Source: Vicugna vicugna
Taxonomy: Eukaryota
NCBI GenBank assembly: GCA_013265495.1
Contig: MU058540.1
Location: 1,699,696 to 1,763,695 of the forward strand
Direction: 5' to 3'
DNA length: 64,000 nt
The translations under genes were made by a program, and so were the position numbers. The notes below the pieces were generated by a model that saw nothing but the letters and a program-made list of their open reading frames with translations, did no database searches and was not told the origin of the DNA. Shown one piece after another: positions 27,990-41,200 of this stretch (the first letter of the stretch is position 1; every line of letters starts with the position of its first letter).

Positions 27990-28410
27990 CAGAATCAGGA
28001 GCAATTGAACTTGGCTGCAAACAGAAAACCATATGGCAGTGGCTTAAACAAAATAGTTTCTTTCTCTCTCATGTAAAAGAAGTCTGGGGGTAGGAAGTCT
28101 GGGCTGGTATATTAGTTCTCTGGTCATCTAAGACTCAGGCCCCTTCTATATTTCTGCTTTACTGTCTTAGTGCGAGGCTTTTATCCTCAAGGTCACCTCA
28201 TTGTCCAGAATGGCTGCTGAGCTCCAGCCATTGTCTCTGAAATAGGCAGTGAGATAAGGTAAAAAGAGTCGTTTCTGCTTACAAATTGCAGCTGAGATTA
28301 GGAATGTTTCTTTTGGGAACACAATGCTACCTTGAATAAAACTGAAGTTCCGTTGCTAAGGAAGAAAGGGGAATGGATTTAGGGTGGCAGTGAGCAGCCT
28401 CTGCCCGTCT
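27990..28410. mobile_element. Old MaLR LTR (MLT1-like)
   Basis: cagtggcttaaacaaaatag...ccagaatggctgctgagctccagcca text. Boundaries approximate. Confidence 0.6.
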
Positions 28411-29744
28411 CCAAAGGCAGGAGGGCATCTTGGGTCAGAGGAGAGAAGATGGGACCAGAAATCAAAATACACGCTCTGACCTTTATAAGTCCATGACCTT
28501 GGGTAAGTCTCAAAACCTCCGTAAGCCTCAGCCCCAAACAGAGGCCTGTGAGAGGGTCAAAGGACATAATGTGATCATAAAAGGGCTTCATAAACCATAA
28601 AGCACTATTTCCACGTAAGGAATTATGTTGCTACTACTACTGTCATTAATGCTAAGACTGGCTGGCTGTTTTCTGCAGGGAGAAAGGCAGATGGGACTGG
28701 AGGGAGAGGGAGGGCAGTGTTTGCTGCGACAAACAGAAAAGGGACAGAGGTGCTGCTGCTTCACTAGCTGTGCATGAGAAACACCCCTGTAAGCAGGGGT
28801 CTGTGCCCCCAGGGCCACGTGCCCCACATCATGTAAAAACCTGTCTGGCAAAGGCCCACGCTGCCTTTTTAAACCCTCAGGGCCCCAGACAGGCGGGCAA
28901 ACAAACATGACACCTGGGGGAAGCCCAAACACCAGAGCAGAAACCAAGTTCTGGGTCCTCACAGGGCCAAAATAACTTGCTGATTGAGTCAACCGGCCAA
29001 CACGCTGGTCAAGTTGCTGGGGGAGTCACCGAAACCCCAGCCAGATCTATTATTTAGCAATTTGTCACCAAGCAAAAATATAAATTGTCCCCTCCCCCAG
29101 GCCCCAGCAGCCAGGTTGTTTGATGCCAGGAGTCACTCTGGGTCAGCCAGGGCCAAGTCAAATGTTTTGCATCAGCTCTCCCCTTAGCGTCCAGTAGGGC
29201 AGCTGGGAGGTGAACTCCTGATGGCAGAGGAAGGGGCAACCTCTTCTCAGACCTCCAGGTCCCATGTCCTTACAGGTAGCTCCCCAGGGGCTGCAAACAG
29301 CGCTTCCCTGACTGGGGACAGTGGGATCCCAGGGGTGCACTTGAAGAATTTTTATGACACAGTCCATCCACAAGTATTTGCTGAATGCCAACTGTCTGCC
29401 TGTAAGCCAGAGGTGATGGTGGATTCTGTTCCCGAGGCCATGAGCTTGGGGATCAGGGCCTCTTCTTGGGCTGGGGTGTACCCTATTCCCCTCCAAGTCC
29501 CTGGCAGTGTGAGCCATGGAAAGTCGGCTATTTAAGATTTCAAAACTAATTGGTTACAGCTCATGGCAGCCTGGGGGTGGGGTGGGGTGGGGAGTTGGGA
29601 GCAGTACAAATTGCAAGTAGCGTAGAGAATTCTAAATCTGGTTTCGTAGTCTCTCTGGTTTGGCATGGATTAAGAGTATAAATCAGGCTTCTGTAGCTTG
29701 TTCACCATTCCCATTCACCATTCAAGACACGAACAAGAACTTTA

Positions 29745-30745
29745 AAAAAATTTTTGTTGAAGTAAACACATATACGGAAAAGAACACACAGGATAAGTGT
29801 CAAAGAGCTTGGAGAATTTTCCTAAAGTGAGCACACCCAGGTAACAGCATCTAAATCAGTTATCAGAACACTGCTAGTCCCCAGAAGCCCCCTTGTGCCC
29901 TCTCCCAGTAATTACCAAGGGTAACCCTATCCTGACCTCTGGCACCATAGATTCTTTTGGCCTGTTTTTGAACTTTGCATAAACAGAATCATACAGGACA
30001 TTCTCTTATGTGTCTGGCTTCTTCCACTCAATATATCATGTCTGTCAGATCCACCCAGATCATTGTGTGTGTGCTTGTCGTTTATTCTCACAACTGCCTA
30101 GCATTCCACTGCGTGAATACACAACACTGCGTCCATTCTACTGTAGGTGGACATCTGGGCTGTGTCCAGGTGGGAGCTATCACAAAAATGCTGCTAAAAA
30201 CAGAAATTTCTTTTCACAATCAGGTTTCCTTTTCTCTTTTTTGAAAAAAAATTTTATTGTAGTCAAATGTATGTAATATAACATTTATCATTTGAATTAT
30301 TTCTAAGTGTCTGATTCATTGGCATCAATTACCATCACACTGTTGTGCAACTATCACCACTATCTATTTCCAAACGTGTTCATCATCCCAAACTGAAAAT
30401 TCATACCCAATAAGCAGTAACTACCCATTTCCCTTTCGCCCAGCCCCTGGTAAACTCTATTTTCTGTCTCTATGAATTTGCCTACCCTAGGTAACTCATA
30501 TAAGTGGAATCATATAGTGTTATCCCTTTGTATCTTGCTTCTTTTACTTAGTATAACATTTTCAAGGTTCAGCCAACTTGTAGCAGGACCTTCATTATTT
30601 CTGATGGCTGAAAATATTCCCTTGTATGGATATATCACATTTTGTTTATCCATTCATCTATTGATGGACATTTGGATTGTTTCCACCTTTGGCTGTTATG
30701 AATAATGCTGCAATGAACATTGCCATGCGAGTATCTTTTTGACCC
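29745..30745 (-). mobile_element. Two adjacent L1 3' end fragments (older L1MC/ME-like ~29745-30200; L1MB-like ~30240-30745)
   Basis: T-rich L1 3'UTR text, e.g. tttgtttatccattcatctattgatggacatttgg. Confidence 0.8.
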
Positions 30746-31899
30746 TTTAGCTGACGACCTGCTGTGTATAGGGAACTGAGATAGGTACTCACCCATCCAT
30801 TGCTGTATTGTCATGTGAATGAAATGGGATTATTATTATTAGGGCAAGAGATGAGGAAACGGAGGTTCAGAGAAGTCAAGGAACTTTCCTAAAGCCAAGG
30901 GGCTTATCCAAGTGGCTGAGATCACCGCTCAAATCCAGACAGCCCCAAGTCCAGTGTTCCGCCTTCCACCCCAACCCCCAACTCACACCTCCCCACTTCT
31001 CTATTGCAATTCTCTGGTCACAGAGGAAGTTAGAAGTTTTTGGTTTGCAGCCTAGTTCTTGCTTTAGTTCCAGGTAGAAAATCTTTCCCTTGGAACCACT
31101 AAACCCCGACTTGGGCTTTCTGGAAGCATTTCCCTTTCTCCTGGCAAACAGCCCAGGGCAAGGGAACAGGAGCGGTTTCTTCGCCCCCATGAGTCAATCC
31201 TTAAACTTTGCGCTCTAGTTTTTTCTTTTTTTTTTTTTTTAAAGCTACAAGTTTTGTCACACCTCAGTCCTCCTCTCACCATGTCAGAGCTCAGGCTACA
31301 TTTCTAAGTTCCTCTCTTGGTAAAGACAACAGAGTATCTATGACCTAATTAGATTTTCATTCAGAGGACATGGAGAGAACCCCTTGACTCAAATGTCCCC
31401 TTTCTCATGCCCTGCCACAGTACATTTTGGTGAAAGACGCCTACTGTGTGTTGGGCCACCAGTGGTCAAACTTGCCTGTTACAGACCCTGTCCTCAGGGC
31501 AGCCCTGGGGTGAGGGTGCAAGGGTGGTGGTGTGGCAGGCAGGACACAGGCAGAGAAAAGAACACCAATCAAACCCATCAGGTGAGATGCTGATAGGACA
31601 GGAATGCTGCCCAGGGGTCTGGAGGAAGTACATGGCTGTGGAGCCTGGGAGTCAGGGATACTTCCCTAACTTTCCTGCTGAAGGCCCTGTCATTCACCAT
31701 GCAAATGTAGCTTGCAATGTGCCAGGCACGGTGCTAGGTTCCAGGAAGAGGGAGCCACAAACAGCGACAACTCCCAGGGTGGGCCTGTGCCACTCCGGGT
31801 CTCTAAAATGAGGCAAAAATTCAGTGCACAAATTCTGTGCACAGCCCCCCTTGCAGGTAATACTCGCCTCTGAGCTGAATAGGGGCTTCGGGACTCTCG

Positions 31900-32295
31900 C
31901 TGAGCTTCAGGAGAATCGGGCTGACGTGCCGGTCAGCGGATCCAAGGCACGGCCCTCGGGTGACCAAGCGGGGTCCCCCAGTCCCCGGCCTCGTTGTCCC
32001 TGCGCCTGCGTCGCCGGCCGACAAGGAGCCTTTCAGGAGCCTCCGCCCCCACTGGAAAATCCCCGCGCGGTCTCCCCGGCGGCCGGCGTCTGCTTCCCTC
32101 AAGGTGAGGGATTCCGCGCCCTCGACGAGGTGCAGCTGCAACGCGCCCGCAGGCGCCGGGACCAGCCGGGCTGCCCGCGACTCACGCCCGGGAGCGCGCG
32201 GCCTCCGCCCGCCAGCCCGCCAGCCCCGGGGGACCCGGAGCCGCGAGCTCTGGCCGAAACCAACCGTCTCCTTCCCGGCTCGGTCCGTTTGAGGG
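31900..32295. promoter_or_regulatory. Orphan CpG island (~400 bp)
   Basis: Dense CpGs in an otherwise CpG-depleted region. Motifs: TGACGT at 31922, GC box at 32041, GGAAAATCCCC at 32054. Confidence 0.75.
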
Positions 32296-32297
32296 CT

Positions 32298-33125
32298 AAA
32301 TTTTTTTAAATTTTAATTTAAACATATACGTACCTACACATTTATAAATGTTGCGTAAGTGCATAGATTTGGTCATATCACACATAATGTTAAAGTCTGT
32401 TCTTCTTTTCTGTTCCTTTTTTCTTGACTCTTCGTGGGTCCCCACCTCAGCAGCATCTCTACCTCAGGAAATCCATGTTAAGAACTTAGAATGAACCGTT
32501 CTGTATTTTTGTCCATGTACATATAAGCATATGCAAATATCTCTACATATATATTTTAATTACATATACACAAATACATATAAACAGGATCTCGTTAGAC
32601 ATATTTTTCTGCATCATAGGAACCCTTATGGTTGTATAGCAATCTTTTAAAAATAAAAATAATAAAAATTAAAAAATATATTATTATTTACATAGAATAA
32701 AATTCACTTTTATTTATTTATTAAATGACCCCCCCTCTGACAGGCTTCCACTGTGTTTCCAGCTTTTTGCTACTGTGAACAATGGTGTGATAAAATTCTT
32801 GTTACATATCTATATATGTCCAGAAGTGGGAATGCTGGGTTGAAGTGTCCCTGGGTTTAATTTTAGAAGATACTGCAGATTGTTTTTGCAGACGGTCTAA
32901 TACCTCATGTCCCCACCAGCAATGAATGAGGGCGCCCTTTTCCCCTACACCCAGCAGCAACAAGTGGCACAGTGCTTGATCATTTCTACCAGTTGCCTGG
33001 GACCATCAAGAGGTATCGCCTTGTTACTCTAATTTGTACTTGCCTGACTCCTAATGAACCTGAGCATATTTTCAACTGCTTGGCGGCCACTTGGCTTTGC
33101 TTTTCCAAGAACTGCATCCTCCTGA
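32298..33125 (-). mobile_element. Degenerate L1ME-like 3' region
   Basis: AT-rich, with ccagaagtgggaatgctgggttgaag and ccccaccagcaatgaatgag L1 motifs. It abuts the orphan CpG island. Confidence 0.7.
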
Positions 33126-33683
33126 TACATCTTTATATGTTTTCAGCATAGAAATTCCCACTTGCCCAGAATGGCTGGAGAAGGGGGTGCTAGGATTAGT
33201 AGAATGGTCTAATTAGTAGAGTACCCCTTCATTTGTCACACCTAGTTATGAGCTTTCAAAAGATGATAACATAAGCAGATACATGTAGTAAGAGGACTGT
33301 AACAAATATAAGAGGCATGTGGGGAATGGAAAGTGAGTGGGCTCTGGGGTGACTTACTAGCTGTGTGCTATTAAGTAACTCACCTAACCTCCTGAGCCTC
33401 AGTTAGCTCATTGGTGAAACAGGGATAATGAAGACTGTGCGACCAACTTTTTTAAATTGTTGAAAAGCTTGGCAGTAATTTATGTAAAGAAACTGGGGCA
33501 TAGTAGATGGTCAATAAATGATAGTTAATTATGGTAAGCATAGCTTTCATCATTCCTCCGGTGGTTAAGTAGGCCTTTAAGAGGTCTCGGGTTAGCCTTA
33601 ATATCAATTAACATTGCATGGGTCTGGGTGAAATTTGGGTTATTTAAGTTTCCTGTGGGCCCCGTAATCAGACCCACATAAAC

Positions 33684-33903
33684 CAGGGTTTTGCAACCTC
33701 GTCATAATTCACATATTGGATAGGATAATCCTTTGTTGGGGACGCTGTTCTTTGCTTTGTAGGATGTTTAGCAGCATCTGTGGCCTCTACCCACTAAATG
33801 TCAATAGCACACCCTACTCCCCCAGTCATAACAATCAAAAATCTTTTCAGATCTGGCCAGATGTCCCCTGCAGAATAAAATTGCCCATGGTTGAGAAACA
33901 CTG
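33684..33903 (-). mobile_element. MER20
   Basis: Reverse complement of the MER20 text (tttagcagcatctgtggcctctacccacta...ggttgagaaacactg). Confidence 0.85.
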
Positions 33904-36900
33904 ATCTAAATCCTCTGGGAGAAACTTTTGAAGGTTTACATTGCAAGGGGAGAAGCCCTCCCACGTCCCTGCTCCCTCTCCACGGGGCAGTCCCCCATTC
34001 TTCAGCTCCCAGAATTCCCTAGACAAAATTTAAATGTTAGCTAGGTCTAAGCAGGGTGAATCTGGATGAGGAGGAGCAGATGGAGGTGTCTTCCCTATGG
34101 GTGTCCTTGAAATGCTCAGCCTGGGCACAGGAGAGAACCAAGCAGCTGTATTTAACAGGTGCCCTCCAAAGCTGCTCCAAGGTGGAAGCTGCAGTGTGTG
34201 CCCTCAAAGATCCTACAGACTGACTGGGAGGCTGGGTGAGCCTGCATAAAGAGAGTGATAACAGACAAATGATGGTTCTGTACTATTCTTCTTTTGAAAG
34301 CTGCTCTTTCCTCTCCTCCCCTCATGCTGGAGACCTGACTCAGGCTCAGCCATGAGCTTTCACTAGAGCCATACTCTTCTCTGTGGCCGACCAGAGAATC
34401 TATATATTCAGCCCTCCCTTCACATATGTTCCACACTCTGTTTTGAAAAAGATGTTTCAACCTCACTTCAAACTCTTCATGCCCCCAAACACAATTCCTT
34501 AGCTTTCCTTCTGACTTGAGTCAACACATATTTATTAAGTGTCATAATGAAACTAATGGTTGCTTCCCAATGTCAGTCCTTCCCTTCTTCACTAGTAACA
34601 GAGCTCTGGGCAACAAGCCCTGCTAAAAAATTACATTTCCAGGCCTCCCTTGCAGCTTGGTGGAGCCATGTGACTAAATTTTGGTTAATGAGAGGCTAGT
34701 AGAGGGTGACAGAGGATTTCTAGATAGATTCCTTAAAAGAGTGGAGGGCAAATACCTCTTTTATCTTTCTGTCCCTCTTCCCTCTCTCTGGAATTCAGAT
34801 GAACTGAATGGAACTCCTGTAGCTATTTCGAGGGCCATGAGGAGAACCGAGGATGAGAAAGTAGAAAGAGAGAAGGATCTCAGTGACTTTGGAGCTACTG
34901 CACCAGCCATGAAGCTGTGGACCTTTATGTGAGAGAAGAAACCCCATGTGCTTAAGCCACTTGCCAACGGATTTTTATCAGCAATCAAACACAATTCCCA
35001 ACAGAGGCAAATGGCCCCGCCCAAGTCCACACATCTTTTTGCCACTCTCCAATTCTCCCTGTCTTTAGGCTGAATACCTTGGAATTGTCATGAATTCATA
35101 TTTCTCCAGCCAGTCAGCCACCATGACCTGCCAATTTTCTACAGTGAGTACCTCCTGTATCTACCTGTCTTTTTCTCTTCATCATTTTCAGCATGGCACA
35201 AGCTGAGGGTTGGTGACAATGGGCAGGATTCAGAGACATGTGGAGACTTGTGGCTGGGATGCCCAACTAGACAGGAGATGCCACTAGCAGCAGGCATGGA
35301 GATGGTATCAGTTGCTTTATCAGTTGGGACTCTTGCTTATCCTGTGTACCCAGAACTAGCAGAATGCCTACACGTAGTAAGCACTCAAACAGATATCTGG
35401 GGGATTAATTAATTGGTTGAGTGATTGACTGATTGATTAGTTAACTTGATATTCATACATGTACATGCATAGATATGGCCTCTATTTTCACCTTTTACCC
35501 ATACACAGATTACCTTTCATTATGGAGACACCAGGTTACAAAGAACACCCTCAAGAGTTTGCTGTTGACTTGAGCCGTGTCACTTGTAAGAAGGACAAAA
35601 TATGTATGTGGTCAGCTTGAAACCCAGGCCCGCTACTAGAAATAAACCAACCCCTTGTTGAAATCGCGCAGGAAAACTGACGGGAGGTGGGGGAGACGGG
35701 TGGCAGGGAAAATGCCTGAGATCTTACACAACTTGTGCAAACAGAATGACGGGGCCCGGCAGCCCTGGGAGTCCAGGAATTAATAGCCGTGCTGAGGCTC
35801 CAGGGCTCCGGAGATGGAGCTATTTAAAGCCAAGAAATGTCATTTCCACCCACAGAGACTGCCCCACTTGCGCTATCTGGACCTTCTTCAGCCCTGGTGT
35901 TCTGGCAGTCTCCCTGGCCTGACCTCCCAGTGGCGGGACCACAGGGCTCATGGCCAACCTGTCGTCACTGCTCTGTGGGAGGGGAGCTGACCTCCTCTTC
36001 CTCCTCTGTGCTCAGGCCCGAGGACAGGCTGAGCAGGGATTCGGGGCTCAGCTCACCCCTCAGCAAGGGCAGCTTGAGAGCACGGAGACTGCTGCCCACA
36101 CAGAGAGGCCAGCCACCCCAGCAGGATGGGCCTGGGGCCAGGGTGGGGGAAATGGGGTCTGGAGACAGACATTTTGCCCACCAAAATCATATCATTGTCC
36201 TGCTCTGTGACCGCTGGCCACTTGCTTATCCTCTCTGGGCCCCCGTTTCCTCACTGGACTGGGAAATGAGAGAACTTTGTCTGTTTGCTCTGTTTCTGGG
36301 GGAGGCCAGAGGAGATCAGAGAAAGGGAAATCTTTTGAAGCTTTAGGAAGAAAAGCAGCATAGAAATCCAGGTATTACCTGCAGCTCCTTCTCCCCTCCC
36401 CTCCAGTCAAGGTAATCCAGGAACACTTCCTCCGGAGGTGAGAAGGCAGGAGGCTCATGTTTGAAGTGTCAGTGGGCTCCAGACCTGTTCTTGCCAGGCA
36501 CCTAATGCAAGAACTTCCTCACATCCTGTCTGCTCTGATCTCATGTATCTGCTCTGGCTGATGTTCCTGCAGCTGAGGGGAGGGGGGCACTCAGAAGCCT
36601 GGAGAATGTGCCAAGCCAAGTCTGCCCTGCAGGTGTCTAATGCCCAGAGATGGCCGGATTTGTTTCCTGAAGCTGAGACCTGGCCAAGGGAAAGCGCAGT
36701 GGTACTAAATGGGTTTCTAAGGAAGGTGTAATGAAATGCCTAGAGCACTCCAGCCTGAAGTCTCCCAGATTCATTGCTGAGCTTGTCCATTGCCACCACT
36801 GATGGGGCTAAAGGGTGTTTTATGAAATGGCTTCTTCTTCTTTTTCTTTTTTTTTTTTTAAAGAAACAGCAACGAAAATAAAGCTTTGCAGGCCTTCTTC

Positions 36901-37349
36901 TCTCCTATGCTCCCTTTTCTTGTTAAATTTTGGCACTCACCCAAAAGGCATGGGTGTTTTCCCTCATTTCATTTTTTAATGGAAATACTCAAGCACACTA
37001 AAAGGTATATGTTAGTCAGAGTAGTCTAGATTACACTGCAGTAACAAACAGCCCCAGTATCTCAGTGACTTAACACACTTCTGCTTCTGCCCCATGTCCT
37101 TCAAGGATGAACAGAGGGCTCTGCTCACTGAAATCACTCAGGAACCCAGGCTGATGGAACAGCCAACATCTCAAATGTTATCAGAAGCAAAAGAGAAATC
37201 TGGGGGATCTCAAAAAGTCCATGTAATGGTCTCACAATTCATTGGCCAGAACTGGTCAGGTCCCTCCCAACCACAGGGAACCAGGAAGTGCAATCCTACC
37301 TTAAGGGAAGGAGCCACAAATGTCTGGTGAACAACAATAATGATGACCA

Positions 37350-37670
37350 TGAAAATGAATATATGTATATTCATGTACGACTGAAGAATTGTGCTGTACA
37401 CCAGAAATTGACATAACATTGTAAACTGACTATACCTCAATAAAAAAAAAAAAGAAAGAAAAAAAGAAAAGAAAAGAAAAGGGAAGGGGGAAGGGGAGAA
37501 AGCAAAATATGTGAGGTGATGGATATGTTATTTTGGTTTAATTGTAGCTAGTATTTCATAATGTGTGTGCACAACCAAACATCAAGTTATATATCTTAAA
37601 CATGCAATTTTTATTTGTCAATTATATGTCAATAAAGATGAGGAAAAAAAGAAAACAAAACAAAAAAAAC
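37350..37670 (+). mobile_element. Young L1 3' end plus transduced older L1 fragment, inserted as one unit
   Basis: Perfect 15-bp TSD caataatgatgacca at 37335-37349 / 37671-37685. Two AATAAA-plus-A-tail units (37439 and 37631). Confidence 0.85.
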
Positions 37671-37689
37671 CAATAATGATGACCACAGA

Positions 37690-38285
37690 ATAAAGAATTA
37701 CATCACAAATGTCATGTATATCCACCACTACCCAACCCAGAAAATATCACCTTGCCCATACTGGTGAAACCCTCTGTGTAGCTGACTCAAAGACATCTCT
37801 CTGCTCCCCACTACCAAGGTGACCATTCTTCTGAATCTGATGTTTATCACTCTGTATTTTACTATATACACTATATATACCCTTTGCAGAGGGGTGAACT
37901 GGGCCCCGAGTCTCCACTCAGCCTGTCCTGGGGTCTATTGTATATAATTAACAACATATAGTATTATTTTACATTTATTTAAAGGCCATATAAGTGGTAT
38001 TGGACTGCATATATCCATGGCTAATTTTCTTTTCTGATCTGCTTTATGTTTCTGAGGGTCATCCACGTCAATGAGTGAAGCTGTGATTGATTCTGACAGT
38101 TTCTCCATAGTAAAGACTTAGGAGGGCATTTTCCACTTGATAAGATAATCCCAAATAGCTCCCCAAAATGGGTGAACCAACTCACACTCCATAGACACCT
38201 TCCAGTCTCTCTACATCCTCATCAACCTGATATTGTTTGATGAGTGCAGAAAATCTCCCCCATAGTTTTCATGAAACTGAACTTA
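37690..38285 (-). mobile_element. Degenerate L1ME-like 3' remnant
   Basis: ccaccactaccca...ggtgaccattcttctgaat...ccaactcacactcc L1 3'UTR motifs. Confidence 0.6.
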
Positions 38286-41200
38286 TTAATCAGTCCATAC
38301 ATGTTTATTGAACGTCAAATATATGCCAGGCACACAGCTAGGAGTTGAGGAAAATGAAGAGTGATAGGACTCAGATTCTGCCCTCGGGGAGCTTTCAGTC
38401 TGGTAGGCAAGACAGACAAACTCACTCAGGAATCATCAGAATAGACTGGAAAATATAAAGTGGCAAACAGAAATTGCTCCATCCTGCTACCTACAAGTAG
38501 CCTCGATTGCCCTTTTTAAGGAAATGCTCTTGAACTCAGGACAAGATAAAGAAGCCAGGCACTTGGGCAGAAGAACAGGGCCCAGCGTCCAAGCCCAGAC
38601 ATCCAACTCCATAACCTAGGCAAGATGATTAGAACCTTGGCCCAGAGGCAGTAGCCCATTAGGCAGGACCACTGCCACATGGCTTCTGGAACAGCTCAGA
38701 GCAACAGCCGTGGTCTAGTGAATCAACCTCAGGTAATATCCCCCTGCTGCCACTCAAAGGTTCAGAGAGGATCCTTCAACTCTCAAGGTGAGCAACTGGC
38801 AAGACTGGTGAGGGAGCTGGTATACAAGGGACCTGTACTCTAGCAATACTAGTGACGGTGATGATTATAGTAACACAATCCTGCAAGACAGGCTGGGTGA
38901 GGAATCAAGTGTGTCTCCTTGATTTGGGCCTGAGTCACTGGGTAGAAAGAATAGGTTGGAGGCAAGACCAGAGAATGCAGAATTCTACTTCAGCTGTGTT
39001 GTTTGAGGAGCCGTGTCAAGCTGGTGGCTGGGTATTCAAGCTAAGATGGCTCTTGGCTATAGTTCTAAGTACAGCTTAACTCAGTAAATCAATCCACAAA
39101 TGCATGTGACTCTAGACTTTGTAAGGGGTCTAAGAACATTTTTAAAAAAACACCTTCATCCAAGTATAATTCACGAACAATAAAATGCAACCATTTTAAG
39201 TACATAGTTTGATGAGTTTCAAACAATGCATTCATTTGTGTAAGCATCACCACAATCAAGATACAGAACATTGGTAAGAATACTTTAAGATCTCTCTCAT
39301 CTTCCTGAAGGAGTCCTTCATTTACTACAAGACACATATGCTTAAGGAAGATAGTGAACTATACAAGGCAGCAAAACATAAGTTCTAATCATTGGCACAG
39401 GTTATGGGGGCTGGGAGCTGGAGGGGGCAACCCCTTGGGAAGTGCCTGGTCCTAATGCAAATATACGTGGGGCTGGAGGCTCTCCATCACCCACAGAGGA
39501 TCAGGGGAGAGGCAGGCCAGGCACCACAAGGCTTGCTTGTCCCAAAATATCTCACCGGCCTGAAATGCCACCATGAGTCACCCCTTTGGTTTAAAACATT
39601 TGGTATTCCCTCTGAAATACCTATATTAAAATGCACATAAATGATCTAAGAGACAGCCTTTGAGGTGTGTGGGAAGCCAGTCCTTCACTCACACGTAGAA
39701 TCAGTTGTCAGACTTGCTGGCTCCCACCTCAGGAGCGGGTAGGGCTGCTCCCAAGACAAACGTGGAAAGAGACAAGCAGCTGTTCAGTGTCCTCCAATCC
39801 TCTTTTCATTTTAACCTGGTGAGAGAGTGGGCTCCTTCCTTTAGGCCATCCCAGATTACCACATGGAGGCAAGCCCCATCTGAAAGGTTATGACATCCAT
39901 TTAGATCCAGAAAGAGGGGAAATTTTGTCAGGAGAATGAGTTTAGCAGGGGTTTGTGGAGAGGTTCAGCATGAGGCTCCACTGGGGCACTAGAGGTTAGG
40001 ACAAAAGGTGTTCCCCCAGAAAAGAAAAGACTGCAGAGATAGGAGATTGCTGCCTTCAAATGTCTGAGGGTGGTTGTGAGGCAAGGGGACTGGAATAGTT
40101 TTCTGTCGTCTAGCTGGAAGTAGGGTGGGAAAAGCTGGGAGGTGGCTGCTATCAGCTCAGTGAGAGAGAACTTCTTATGGTCAGAGCTATCAGGAGAGGG
40201 AAAGGGTTGCCCCAGGCAGTAGTGAGATCTCTGTCACAGGAGGCAAGTAAGCTGACACCATTTGACAGGAATCCAAGCTCTGAGAGGGTCATTGGATTCA
40301 GTCTCTTCCATCACAAAGATTCTCTAATTTGGTCCATGACTAGCCCTTGAGAAGCCACCAATAAACAAATATTAATTGAGCAATTGCTTTATATAAGGTG
40401 TCATGTGGGAGGCACCAAAGAAGGAAAGCCATGGCCCCTGTCCTCCACCTTGCTGAGCAGATGGTATAGAGGCCAGATGTGTTTGGAATCACCAAAGGGA
40501 CAGAAAACACACACTTTTGGAGTTCAGAAGCAGGAGATCCTACCAAGGGGTACAGTTGTCCAGGGGGGCACCAAGGAAGAGGTGAGACGGCAGTGGGCCC
40601 TGAGAGATTGTCTAGAATTCCAACAGGTAGAAAAAAGAGGAGGGTGTTCCAATGGGGAGGAAAGGTATGGGCAATGGCCAGGAGGCAGGAAATGACAAGA
40701 GGCCAAGTTGACTGGAGGAAGAGAGTATGAAGGAATAAAAAGGGAGGTTAAGAGGAAATGGATGATGGAGAGGAAACAGGCCGGAGGCAGAGGGGAGAAG
40801 ACTGGGGAAGGACACCAGCCCAGGGTGCCAACTGGGGGGCGCAGTGGGTTTCGTGGGGGGCACAACTCTTCTCCCCCACCCCTAAGTGTGCCACAGACCA
40901 CCAGGCATGGTGCCCCAAGAGTGTCTTCCCTCAGCCTCATCATGGCCTCCGGTTCCCTCAAGGCAGTGAGCACCAGAGAAAGACGGGAAAACCCACAGAA
41001 ATCTTCCAAATAAGACAAATATGTGGTGCAGACAAAAGCCGTGCTGGGTGGGATGAGGTTTCAGTTGCTCCCCAATGGGGCGGACCCGTCAAAAGCGGCT
41101 TGTGGCCACAGAAAAATGCGTCATCATCTCCCGCTCTCTGCGGGGCTCCCTGTCCCAGCCACCCCCAGAGGAGCCCACATGGGGGTTCCCACAGTGAGGG

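Noticed and set aside
31821..32309. Overlapping 106-161 aa ORFs over the orphan CpG island
   Set aside because: Several frames are open at once because of GC content, and none resembles a known protein.
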